Origin: an uncultured Nannocystaceae bacterium | Lineage (GTDB): Bacteria; Myxococcota_A; Polyangia; Nannocystales; Nannocystaceae | NCBI GenBank assembly: GCA_964352485.1 | Contig: CAYGTG010000001.1 | Coordinates: 1 to 35,675, forward strand | DNA: 35,675 nucleotides | Direction of reading: 5' to 3' | Shown: positions 1-10,735 of the stretch, piece by piece | How the letters are laid out: each line of letters starts with the position of its first letter | Position numbering within the stretch: the stretch's first letter is position 1 | The notes under the pieces: model-generated | The model's database searches: none | Seen by the model: only the letters and a program-made list of their open reading frames with translations | What the model was told of the DNA's origin: nothing | Program-made: the position numbers and the translations under genes

Positions 1-156
1 TCCGTAGACATGGAGCCCTTCGTTTATGGCCGATACACCATCGGCGATGGGCTACCGATCGAAGTCTCGATTCCGCTGAGCGACGCGAATCTGGGACTGC
101 GACCAGGCATGTCGGAGAGCGAGGTGAAGGCGATGGGGTTGCGCACGTTCGCAGGT

Positions 157-1725
157 TCAGTTCTTGCGACGCCGAACCCAGAGCCCGCACACAGACAGGA
201 ACAGCAAGGGGAGACCACCTCGGCCCGTTCCACCCACAGAGCAGCCCGAACCACCGGATCCGTCGTCCAGCGCCGACGTGTCCGTGCCCGTGCCGGCATC
301 TTCGCCCTGGGACTCCGCCTGACCGCCGGTGTCTCCTGCGGGGCCAGCTCCTGTCGACGTATCGCCGCCCGTACCGGACACGCCGCCCGACGACTCGCTC
401 GACGGGTCGCCGCCGGTCGAGCTGTCTGCCGACGCACCGGTTTCCGAGGGCTCATCCACGACGTCGAACTCCACCGTGGCCTCGGTGGTGTGATCGGCGT
501 GGTCCATCGCGACGACCGAGATCTCGTAGTGCCCGATTTCAAGGTTGGTCAGATTGATCGCGACACGGCCGTCTTCGTCGAGATTTTGCTTCCGGTAGTC
601 GATCTCGTCGAGGAACGTCTCGCCGTCCTTGACGACAATGTTCCTCCATCCAATACCGCCGTAGTTGTCGTCGAGCACCGCGCGAACGTCCACGCTCGAA
701 AACTCTGGGAACACTGCGCCGTTTTCAGGCGAGTCGAAGGCGAGCGTCGGAGGCTCGAGGTCAGGAGTGTCGCTGCCGAACAGGAACGAGAGCTCGGCTT
801 GCTCGTTCTGCGCATTCGAGCCTTCGCCACAGAACATCTCGTGCTGGAGACCACAGCCGATGGTGTTCTTGCCCTGACACTCGACTTCACACAACGGGTC
901 ACAGGACGTGGAAAACGATTGGTCACCACCTCCGCAGTAGGACATCACGCTGGTGCAGTTGAGCGTGTGGTCCAACCCCCAGGCGTGCCCGGCCTCTTGG
1001 GATGCAACGTTGGCAAGACGCGAGGTGCTCCCCACCCCCTCGGTGAACGTGAACACGACGTGTCGCTGATTGAGGGCCCCGCAGTCGGCACTGGGCGCGA
1101 CACCGCCGGCAGGGCTGTCCAAGCTCGTATCGGTCCAGTCGCCACCCATCATCTCCATCGTGTAGGGCACCAAGGGGTCGGGGCGTTCCAGATAGACCAC
1201 ACGCACGCCGTAGGGAGCGAGGTCGTTGCTGACCGCCTGGGCGATCGCGACCGCCGCGGATTCGCCTCCGCTGAACGCTGGGAACGGCGCCGGGCCTGCA
1301 AGGGCAGAGAGGTCCTCGGCGGAGATGTCGTTGGACGTCGGCATCAGATTCGCGCCCACGAAGTTGAGATACAGGGTGTGCTTGCGCGGGTACTTGTTGC
1401 CCGGAATGTCCTCGAACGCGCCGAAGGGAACCGGGTCGATCTCGAAGCCATCCGCGATGGGAGTGGGCACGACGCCGTCCCCCACTTGCGTCCATCCCTC
1501 GGGCAGTGAAACGGGCGGACCGCTGCGATTCGTCGGGATCGATCGCGGTGCGTCGTCGTGGACCGTGTCGAGCTGCTCGAAGCGCAGGCCAGGCGCCGCG
1601 GCAGGACGCGCGGGCAAGGGCTCCGCCTTGGACATGTCCAGCGTCCTTGGACCCAGGGGAGGTCGAAAGTGCGGATGGTCGAAGTCGGAAGCAAGAAGGG
1701 TCGCCACGGCGCACAGAACGAGCAT
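157..1725 (-). CDS. Secreted metzincin-like metalloprotease homologue with a MYXO-CTERM-type C-terminal sorting signal
   Basis: 522-aa ORF with a hydrophobic N-terminus (MLVLCAVATLLAS). It has QEAGHAWGLDH followed by SVMSY, the metzincin HExxHxxGxxH plus Met-turn layout with the first His replaced by Gln. A Gly/Ser/Thr-rich linker leads to GCSVGG...LPLLFLSVCGLWVRRRKN (Cys, hydrophobic helix, basic tail). Confidence 0.75.
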   Translation of the reverse strand: MLVLCAVATLLASDFDHPHFRPPLGPRTLDMSKAEPLPARPAAAPGLRFEQLDTVHDDAPRSIPTNRSGPPVSLPEGWTQVGDGVVPTPIADGFEIDPVPFGAFEDIPGNKYPRKHTLYLNFVGANLMPTSNDISAEDLSALAGPAPFPAFSGGESAAVAIAQAVSNDLAPYGVRVVYLERPDPLVPYTMEMMGGDWTDTSLDSPAGGVAPSADCGALNQRHVVFTFTEGVGSTSRLANVASQEAGHAWGLDHTLNCTSVMSYCGGGDQSFSTSCDPLCEVECQGKNTIGCGLQHEMFCGEGSNAQNEQAELSFLFGSDTPDLEPPTLAFDSPENGAVFPEFSSVDVRAVLDDNYGGIGWRNIVVKDGETFLDEIDYRKQNLDEDGRVAINLTNLEIGHYEISVVAMDHADHTTEATVEFDVVDEPSETGASADSSTGGDPSSESSGGVSGTGGDTSTGAGPAGDTGGQAESQGEDAGTGTDTSALDDGSGGSGCSVGGTGRGGLPLLFLSVCGLWVRRRKN

Positions 1726-1828
1726 TGCGACTGCAGCGTAGATCGACTCGGGCTCCCATGGCTCGCGAAAACCTCAGCCGGCTGTGATCGCGAGTCGGGA
1801 TAGGTACAGGTTTGACCGTCGACTTCTT

Positions 1829-3967
<2,139 letters not shown>

Positions 3968-4031
3968 CTACGATCAACTCGACCGAAGACCGTGATAGAA
4001 AATCCGCGACGGCGCGAAGGACGACGACGAC

Positions 4032-5477
4032 ATGGCAAAAGTGAAGTCTTGGAGAGAGGGCGCTGCGGGTGACCCTGGGTTTCCCGAAGAATTCGACGTG
4101 CTGCAAAACGCCGTCTTGCAGGTGACCGACATCAAGACCAATCGCAACAAGTACTACTCGATCGAGCTGCACGGCGCAGCCGGCCAGTTTCGCGTCTACA
4201 CCCACTACGGCCGCACCGACGATCTGGAGAACAACCCCGGCGCCGGTGTCCGCGAGTCTCGCTACTTCATCTCGCAAGCGGACGCGCAGAGCAACTACGA
4301 GAAGATCTACAGCCAGAAGACCTCGGCGTCCAAAGGGTACAAAGAGGTCAACCTCGCGTCGTCGAAGATCGGTTCGCACCGGCTGCGCGGCCAATCCAGC
4401 GGACACGTCGACAGCGAGACGCTCGAGCGCATGGAGGGCGACGGCAAAGCCAAGGCCAAGCCGATCATCAAGAAGAGCGAGCTTCACCAAGATCTCCAGT
4501 CCTTCGTGCGCCTGATCTACGACGAGGCCACGAACGCGCTGACGTCGACGGTCGCCGCCAAGATTACCGCGAACGGCATCGAGACACCGCTGGGCGTCCT
4601 GACGCTGGGCCAGATCGACAAAGGTCAGGAAATTCTCGACGAGGCCTACGCGCTGTTCAAGGGCAGCCAGTCGCTCACCGAGAAGAAGCGCTCCAAGCTC
4701 ACCGATCTCAGCGGTGACTTCTACACGATGATCCCCCACCGCATCGGTCGCTCGCGCGCGGCCGCCATGCAATCGGTGATCGACACGCTCGAGGAGTTCT
4801 CAGCGAAGACCGAAACCCTGCAGCTGATGCGCGACATGCTCAAGGTCAGCGGCGGGGAAGACGGGGCAAGCGTCCTGTTCGAAGACGGGATCGACAGCAA
4901 ATACAAGGCACTCGGATGCGAGATCGGCTGGGTCCCGCCTGATAGCGGCAAGTTTGCCGAGCTCAAAGAGTTCGTCGAGCGTTCGCAGGTCAAGTCCGAT
5001 CGCATCAAGGTCAAACGGCTGTACTCACTGCGCCGGTCCGCCGAGCACGAAACCTACGCCGAAGGTCTAGGCAACCATCAGCTGCTGTTTCACGGCTCCC
5101 GGGGGAAGAACTGGGTGGGGATCCTCTCCCGCGGGATCTTGCTCCCCAAGGTCGTCGTGACCCTCGGGGTCAACCGGACGGACGCCGGGTGGCTCGGCAG
5201 CGGCATCTACTTCGGCAATGCCGCCTGCACCTCGCTGTATTACACCTCGCCCGGCCGCCGCAAAACGAGGATGATGGCCATCGCCCGGGTCGCGCTGGGG
5301 AAGACCAAAGAGTTCCGCAAGATCACCTACGGGATCGACGGGCCGCCCGCGGGCTACGACAGCTGCCACGGCATTCGGGCAACGAAGAAGACACCATCGC
5401 AGTTCGAAGACGACGAGTTGGTCGTCTACCGCTCCGAGCAACAACGCCTCGAATACTTGGTCGAGTACACCGCGTAA
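4032..5477 (+). CDS. PARP-like poly/mono(ADP-ribose) polymerase (WGR + PARP regulatory helical + PARP catalytic domains)
   Basis: 481 aa. WGR domain: NKYYSIELHGAAGQFRVYTHYGR...KGYKEV. Helical regulatory domain: LQSFVRLIYDE...PLGVLTLGQIDKG. Catalytic H-Y-E elements: LLFHGSRGKNWVGILSRG, GSGIYFGNAACTSLYY, DELVVYRSEQ. Confidence 0.9.
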   Translation: MAKVKSWREGAAGDPGFPEEFDVLQNAVLQVTDIKTNRNKYYSIELHGAAGQFRVYTHYGRTDDLENNPGAGVRESRYFISQADAQSNYEKIYSQKTSASKGYKEVNLASSKIGSHRLRGQSSGHVDSETLERMEGDGKAKAKPIIKKSELHQDLQSFVRLIYDEATNALTSTVAAKITANGIETPLGVLTLGQIDKGQEILDEAYALFKGSQSLTEKKRSKLTDLSGDFYTMIPHRIGRSRAAAMQSVIDTLEEFSAKTETLQLMRDMLKVSGGEDGASVLFEDGIDSKYKALGCEIGWVPPDSGKFAELKEFVERSQVKSDRIKVKRLYSLRRSAEHETYAEGLGNHQLLFHGSRGKNWVGILSRGILLPKVVVTLGVNRTDAGWLGSGIYFGNAACTSLYYTSPGRRKTRMMAIARVALGKTKEFRKITYGIDGPPAGYDSCHGIRATKKTPSQFEDDELVVYRSEQQRLEYLVEYTA

Positions 5478-5499
5478 CCCATACGAAACGAACAAGACG

Positions 5500-6243
5500 A
5501 TGCGCATCAAAGTTGTACTGGTCGACGTCAACCCCGAGATGATCGCCGCCTGGCGCGAGACCTTCGAAGACAACCCGGAGGTTGAGATTCGTCATGGCTC
5601 GATGCTCGACCAAAAGGTCAGCGCCTGGGTCACCCCCACCAACGCCGCCGGAAACATGGATGGCGGCCTGGATGGGGTCATCAAAGGCTTTCTCGGCAAT
5701 GGCATCCAAAAGCGGGTTCACGCCGCGATCAAAGAGCATCACCAAGGCGCGATGCCGGTCGGCTACGCCACGTGCGTACCTTCGCAGCGCGAGGTGCCCC
5801 AGTTCTTGATCTCAACCCCAACGATGGTCGGTAGCTCCGACGACATCTCCGATGGGATGAATGTCGCACTCGCATGTGCGGCGGCGTTTCAGGCGGTTCA
5901 CCTGCAGCACAACAAGGAGCCGGGCTCGGTGCGTTCGGTTGCGCTGCCAGGGCTGGGCGCCAATACCGGGCGTACGCCTGTGCACATTTGCGCGGACCTA
6001 ATGTGGACGGGGTACGACCTGTTCCGCCAGCGTCAGTTCGCCACCTTCGCCGAAATGCGGCTTGCGCTCGAGGAGATTCTCGGCGACCTGGGGCCGGCCA
6101 CCAAGAAGGGCGAAGCAAAGGTCAAGGCCGGCGATGTCGCCAACGAAAAAGGTTTCGGCGCCCCAGCTCCTGCAGACGAGGAGTACGATTTCGAAGACAA
6201 CGACGCGCTCGAAGACTTCGACGACGAAGAAGACTTCGACTAG
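5500..6243 (+). CDS. Macrodomain protein (predicted ADP-ribose binding/hydrolase) with a strongly acidic C-terminal tail
   Basis: 247 aa, starting 22 nt after the PARP stop. Macro-type motifs: VTPTNAAGNMDGGLDGVI and VALPGLGANTGR. The tail is EEYDFEDNDALEDFDDEEDFD. Confidence 0.85.
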   Translation: MRIKVVLVDVNPEMIAAWRETFEDNPEVEIRHGSMLDQKVSAWVTPTNAAGNMDGGLDGVIKGFLGNGIQKRVHAAIKEHHQGAMPVGYATCVPSQREVPQFLISTPTMVGSSDDISDGMNVALACAAAFQAVHLQHNKEPGSVRSVALPGLGANTGRTPVHICADLMWTGYDLFRQRQFATFAEMRLALEEILGDLGPATKKGEAKVKAGDVANEKGFGAPAPADEEYDFEDNDALEDFDDEEDFD

Positions 6244-6281
6244 CCTTCATCTCCTCGCCTTCCCACTCCCCCCACTCTCCT

Positions 6282-8813
6282 GTGATCGACCCGATCCGAC
6301 TGATTCGTCTGCCCACGGCTGACGGTGCTGGGCACCATCGCTGTGCGGTGGTTTCGGTCGAGCCCGCGGGCGCCGACGCCACGTGGATGATCCGCGTGGC
6401 GCGGGGCGAGACCTTCGCCGCGCTGGCGGGTGGAACCGCGTACGGACCGGTCGCGCAAGGAGACTTGCCGGACCAGATCGCCGCCTTGCTGAAGCAGGAG
6501 CTCGCGCAGGGGTACGTCCAGATCACGGCCGCCGAGCTCATCGAGGCCCTGCAGAGCAAGAACCCCGCCGCGCGAGGCCGGGCGGCGCAGCGGCTGGGGT
6601 GGCGGCGCGAAAAACGAGCGACGGCCGCACTGCTGATGGCGGCAGACAACGCGCGCGGAGATATCTGCCCGATCGTGGACGCCTTGGGGCGCATCGGCGA
6701 TCCCGCGGCGATCGAGCTTGCGCGGACCTACGCGTCCAAGAAGAATCTCTCGCGGCGTCGCAGCGGAGTCGAAGCGCTGCGCAACCTTGGGGACGCCGAA
6801 GGCTTGGCGGTCGCGCGCCAGGCCAGTCACCAGCGGCTGCCCTCGGCGGTCGCAGAAGTGCTGGGCAAGGCCGACGAGTCGCGCGTCACCAAAACGGCGA
6901 TCGCCGAGATCGAGACGGTGATCGCTGCCGAGGATCCCCGCCGCCTCGGCGCCATTGCGGACACGCTGTACGACCGCGACACGGCGCTGGCCAACCGCGT
7001 GGTGCGGCGCATGCTGACGCCGGCCGCGATCCGTGGGCCTCACCAGTGGCGCTACGCCAAGAGCATTCTCAAACGCTGCATGCTTCGCGAAGACGCGCCG
7101 ACTTTTGGCAAGCTCGCGCACACGATCGAACGCGCAGCGGTCGACTACCAGGGAACCACCGCGGTGGTAACCAGCGGCCTCGACGGGAAAAAGCGCTCAA
7201 CCAAGATCTTCGGGCCCAAGACGCAAGCCTACGTGCGTCGCGCGACGTGGCGCTACATGCGAGACCTGGCGCGCTATCGGCCCGAGCGCTACGTCGATGC
7301 GGCGGCCCAAGTGCTGTCCCACTACAGTACGGACGATGCGCGGCCAGCCAAGGGCGCCTACGGATCGTTTGCCGACGCGTTCCTGCTGCACCACATTCTG
7401 TACGGGCGCAGCACCCGACTGACGATGAACTGGCGATCGCTTCGCGCGCGCTTCGTGGGCTCTCATGCGGTCAAGGCCCCCGAGGGTGTCCGCGAAGAAG
7501 CGTTTCCCCAGCTGTGGGACGCTCACCCCGCGGCGTTTCTCACAGTACTCAGCGCAGCGCGGCTGCCGGTCGCGCAGGACTTCGCGGTTGCGGGGGTCCT
7601 TCGGCACCCCGAAGTCATGCAGCAGGCCAAGCTCGGTCTGCTGCTCAGCATCGCGGGGCGCGATCGCGTGGATGCGGCGGAGCTCGCCACGGCTGAACTC
7701 GACCGCCGGTTCCAAGCGAACCCCAGCGATTGGAGCCTCGTCACGGCGGTCCTTGGGCGCGGCATCGCGGCGCTGCGGGAGACGAGCATCGGGTGGTTGA
7801 CCCAGATCGCCACGACATGGGCGACCGATCCTGGCCGGCTCCTGCAGGCCCTGCGCGCCGCCGACGCAAAAGTGCGGACGCAAGCGAGCCGCGTTGCGAT
7901 CCCCTTGGTGGCTGTCGCCGCCCCCCCAACGCGGGAGCGCATCGCGACCGCGCTGCTGGAGGCCATCGCCCAAGATGAGACCCACCCCGGTGCCCACATG
8001 CCGCTGGTCGTACTCGCCCGCGAAGCTTTGGTCGCCGAGCTCGAGCCCCGCTTCACGCTCGAGGCGTTGATCGAGACGGTCCGCACCGGCACGGGTGCGA
8101 TGCGTCAGGTCGCAGGCTTCCTGCTCGGCCGTCGCCCGGGCGCCCTCGCTGTGCTCGGCCTCGAAGGCCTGGTCGGTCTGGCCAACCACGAACTCATCGC
8201 CGTCCGAGGCGCGGGTCATGCAATCCTTCGTGGCGGCGCCGCCCAGATCGCCGAGGACCCAGCCGTGCTGTACGCCTTGTGCGAGAGCGAGTGGTCCGAC
8301 ACTCGAGCGATCGCGTTCGAGTTGCTCGAGGGGCTGCCACTGTCGGCGCTGGGCCTCGACGGCGTGATCGGGCTGTGCGACTCCACGCGTGGGGAAGTCC
8401 AAGCCTTGGGTCGCACGCTGGTGCAGCAACACTTCCGCGAACTGGACGCGGACACCGTGTTGTTCCGCCTCGCAGAGCACCCGGACCAGGCGATGCGCAG
8501 TTACGCCCTGTCGCTGATCACCGCACACCTTCGCCCCGGCATGGTCCCCCTGGCACGGATCGACACCTTCGTTCGTGCCACGTTGTTCGACCTCCGTCCG
8601 CGCCGTCCGCTCAAAGTCGGGCTGCTCGACTTCCTGCGTGAACGTGGATTGATGGATGAGCGACAGGGCGAGCACGTCGCGGGGCTGCTCGGCGAGCTGC
8701 TGCGTTCGCACACCGTGTTCGACTTCCAGCGGGTGTCGCAGACCCTGGCCCTGATCCAGCTTGCGTTCCCCGCGGTGCGCAGCGACCTCCAGCTCCAGGC
8801 GGCCCAAGCGTGA
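6282..8813 (+). CDS. WGR-like N-terminal domain / HEAT-repeat protein (MolR-like family, function unknown)
   Basis: The frame is open from 5874, but the first 136 codons overlap the macro gene and read as Arg/Gly-rich junk. An in-frame GTG lies at 6282, 38 nt after the macro stop, with an alternative ATG at 6387. The N-terminus (IRLIRLP...WMIRVARGE...LAQGYVQI) looks like a degenerate WGR domain. HEAT/PBS-lyase-like repeats follow (NPAARGRAAQRLGW, DALGRIGDPAAIE, GVEALRNLGDAEGL), then a long helical repeat region. Confidence 0.7.
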   Translation: MIDPIRLIRLPTADGAGHHRCAVVSVEPAGADATWMIRVARGETFAALAGGTAYGPVAQGDLPDQIAALLKQELAQGYVQITAAELIEALQSKNPAARGRAAQRLGWRREKRATAALLMAADNARGDICPIVDALGRIGDPAAIELARTYASKKNLSRRRSGVEALRNLGDAEGLAVARQASHQRLPSAVAEVLGKADESRVTKTAIAEIETVIAAEDPRRLGAIADTLYDRDTALANRVVRRMLTPAAIRGPHQWRYAKSILKRCMLREDAPTFGKLAHTIERAAVDYQGTTAVVTSGLDGKKRSTKIFGPKTQAYVRRATWRYMRDLARYRPERYVDAAAQVLSHYSTDDARPAKGAYGSFADAFLLHHILYGRSTRLTMNWRSLRARFVGSHAVKAPEGVREEAFPQLWDAHPAAFLTVLSAARLPVAQDFAVAGVLRHPEVMQQAKLGLLLSIAGRDRVDAAELATAELDRRFQANPSDWSLVTAVLGRGIAALRETSIGWLTQIATTWATDPGRLLQALRAADAKVRTQASRVAIPLVAVAAPPTRERIATALLEAIAQDETHPGAHMPLVVLAREALVAELEPRFTLEALIETVRTGTGAMRQVAGFLLGRRPGALAVLGLEGLVGLANHELIAVRGAGHAILRGGAAQIAEDPAVLYALCESEWSDTRAIAFELLEGLPLSALGLDGVIGLCDSTRGEVQALGRTLVQQHFRELDADTVLFRLAEHPDQAMRSYALSLITAHLRPGMVPLARIDTFVRATLFDLRPRRPLKVGLLDFLRERGLMDERQGEHVAGLLGELLRSHTVFDFQRVSQTLALIQLAFPAVRSDLQLQAAQA

Positions 8814-10504
8814 ACATCGAGTTCAAATACGCGGGCCAAAGCGGCATTGTCAGCGGGCTGGGCGATGCCCGTGTGGCGTTCGCCACCAATACGTTGCGGG
8901 AGGCGGCATTCTTTCGCGGCGAATTGGCGCGCCCGCTCGTGCTTCGCGACGCACTGGCAGCGCTGCATCGCGTGGTGGTCAGCGACCTGAAGTACCGCGT
9001 GCGCGATCGGGTGGCGTTCAAGGCGTGGCTGGATGAACAAGACCAACAGTTCCTGCAGAGCCTGACCAACAAGTCCGAGGAGATCCGCCTCGAGATCGAG
9101 ACGCGCGAGACGAGGTTGGCCGAACTCGACGCCCAGCGATCCCAATTGATGCAGCCGTTTCGCCAGGCGCGAAAGAAGTACTTCGAGTACGCCTACACCG
9201 AGCAGTACGAACTGGAGTATGTGCTCGACCCGGTGATTTCCATCCATCCCGACGAGCTCTCCTTTGAGGCGTTTTCTCGTGACGAGAGCAGCTATGCCCG
9301 CGTTTCGCTCAAGTACGACCTGTTCGCAAAGATCGACGAGTTCGCGTGCGGCACCACCAACGTCGACTTTTCGCATCGACTGCATCGGCAACTCGACCGA
9401 ATGCGCTCGTATCGCGATACACGCTTCGATGTCGACGCCGGCGGGTTTACAGTCACCAACCGCGGCGATGGAGGCCACCGCGAGAAGAAGATCGACGTCC
9501 CCGACAGCTGGGTCAACGGCTTCTTGCAGGTTCAGAGCGTGATGACGTTGGGTCTGCGCCGGATCCGGCTGGCGCAGATCGATCTGTTCAATATTTGTCG
9601 CTTCCTCTCGCGCTTCAAGGCGAAGAAATCGCCGCGAGCGCTGCGCTGGATCTTGAAGCCCGGTGAGCGCACCCAGGTCGTGTTCGAGCCGTGGGAGCAC
9701 ACGTTGACCTTGTCGCCGGGCTCGGTCTACGACGGACCCAAGGCGGAGTTCATCCGCACGTGGGGGCGCGACCGCCTGCAAGTCCTCGAGCGTCTGTTGC
9801 CGAGGGTCGAGCACGCGGACCTCTACCTCTCGGGCCACGGCATGCCATCGCTGTACGTCTGCGATCTGGGCGATGTCGTGTTCACCCTCGGACTGTCGGG
9901 GTGGACCGATCAAGACTGGACGGAGGGGGCCAGCTTCGAGCTGCTCGCGCGGCGTCTGGATGCCGACCCCGACACCCTCGCCGCCGTCGACGCTGCACTG
10001 CTCAAGGCTCGCTACGCTACACCGGCCGCGCTGGCCGAGACCACCGGTGTCGGCCAGCAAAAGGCCCGCGCGTGCCTGTCGTTCCTATGCCAATGCGGCC
10101 GCGCGATGTACGATCTGTCGACCGGCGTGTACCGCCATCGCGACCTCTTCTTCCGTCCGTTCAACGCCGCCAAGGCGATCGCACAGGCGACGAAGAAGAC
10201 CGAAGCGCTCGACCCGAAGGCCAAGGCTGCGCGCCAGGTCTTTGAGGCTGGCGGCGCCCGTTTCACTGCCCGCCGACCCCACAACGGCGGCTATAAGCTC
10301 ACCGGCAGCGTGCGCGGGACGGACGGGGAGCGCGTTCGTCCCCTCCTGTCGGTCGATGGCGAGGGGCAGATCGTCGAGGCGACCTGCACCTGCAAGACCT
10401 TCAAAAAGCACCAGATGACCAAGGGCCCTTGCGAGCATATGCTCGCGCTGCGGCTGGCCCACATGGAACGACTCGAATCAGAACAGGGAGGTACTTCTTC
10501 GTAG
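8810..10504 (+). CDS. SWIM zinc-finger family protein
   Basis: 564 aa. Its GTG start overlaps the upstream stop (GTGA), suggesting translational coupling. The C-terminal SWIM CxC...CxH motif is ATCTCKTFKKHQMTKGPCEHMLALRL. Confidence 0.85.
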   Translation: MNIEFKYAGQSGIVSGLGDARVAFATNTLREAAFFRGELARPLVLRDALAALHRVVVSDLKYRVRDRVAFKAWLDEQDQQFLQSLTNKSEEIRLEIETRETRLAELDAQRSQLMQPFRQARKKYFEYAYTEQYELEYVLDPVISIHPDELSFEAFSRDESSYARVSLKYDLFAKIDEFACGTTNVDFSHRLHRQLDRMRSYRDTRFDVDAGGFTVTNRGDGGHREKKIDVPDSWVNGFLQVQSVMTLGLRRIRLAQIDLFNICRFLSRFKAKKSPRALRWILKPGERTQVVFEPWEHTLTLSPGSVYDGPKAEFIRTWGRDRLQVLERLLPRVEHADLYLSGHGMPSLYVCDLGDVVFTLGLSGWTDQDWTEGASFELLARRLDADPDTLAAVDAALLKARYATPAALAETTGVGQQKARACLSFLCQCGRAMYDLSTGVYRHRDLFFRPFNAAKAIAQATKKTEALDPKAKAARQVFEAGGARFTARRPHNGGYKLTGSVRGTDGERVRPLLSVDGEGQIVEATCTCKTFKKHQMTKGPCEHMLALRLAHMERLESEQGGTSS

Positions 10505-10519
10505 ACGGAGCGTCAGCTC
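10501..10519 (+). repeat. Retron a1 inverted repeat (left arm)
   Basis: gtagacggagcgtcagctc. It overlaps the TAG stop of the SWIM gene (10502-10504). Pairing with the a2 side extends to 21 bp using 10499-10500. Confidence 0.8.
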
Positions 10520-10582
10520 GATCAAAAGCTCAGCAACCCGCACGGTGTTACGCCGTGCTTGCCGATTTGCATCTCATTCGTC

Positions 10583-10696
10583 ACGAGCCCGTTCGGCACC
10601 ATCGGACGGTCGGTAGCCCCGGCCCTAGCTGGGTTGGTACCGCCGGTCCCCGGGCCTTCGGGCTACCCACCGTCCGCGTTAGTGGAACGGTCTCGT
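10583..10696 (+). repeat. Long imperfect inverted repeat (predicted msd/msDNA stem-loop)
   Basis: The outer arms 10583-10594 (acgagcccgttc) and 10685-10696 (gaacggtctcgt) match at 11 of 12 positions. The inner arms 10603-10619 (cggacggtcggtagccc) and 10660-10676 (gggctacccaccgtccg) match at 16 of 17. A further ggccc/gggcc pairing lies inside the apical 40 nt. Confidence 0.7.
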
Positions 10697-10716
10697 CCTG
10701 GGACTGTACGTGAGCT

Positions 10717-10735
10717 GAGCTGACGCTTCGTCTAC
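10717..10735 (+). repeat. Retron a2 inverted repeat (right arm)
   Basis: gagctgacgcttcgtctac. Its reverse complement differs from a1 at one position, which gives a G-U pair in RNA. Confidence 0.8.

Larger units (their letters stand above)
10501..10735 (+). ncRNA. msr-msd: Retron msr-msd non-coding RNA locus (template for msDNA)
   Basis: It lies immediately upstream of a retron-type RT. It is bounded by 19-nt inverted repeats (a1 gtagacggagcgtcagctc, a2 gagctgacgcttcgtctac) that pair perfectly in RNA with one G-U. A G follows a1 at 10520 and is a candidate branching guanosine. There is a short hairpin at 10540-10558 and a long imperfect hairpin at 10583-10696, as expected for an msd stem-loop. 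Confidence 0.8.

Noticed and set aside
10-1509. 499-aa plus-strand ORF at the left edge, plus other ORFs overlapping 157-1725
   Set aside because: It is antisense to the metzincin-like gene, whose motifs and sorting signal are convincing. The translation is Arg/Ala/Gly-rich and low-complexity, typical of shadow ORFs in high-GC DNA. The first 50 codons or so (FVYGRYTIGDGLPIEV...GMSESEVKAMGL) look protein-like. They cannot form a separate convergent gene, because no stop occurs before the frame runs deep into the protease gene.
5874-6281. N-terminal 136 codons of the 979-aa track ORF
   Set aside because: They overlap the macrodomain gene in another frame and read as Arg/Gly/Ala junk. A GTG at 6282 just after the macro stop gives a sensible start.
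7197-10060. Long minus-strand ORFs 7197-8807 (536 aa) and 8501-10060 (519 aa)
   Set aside because: They are antisense shadows of the HEAT-repeat and SWIM genes. Composition is biased and they contain no motifs.
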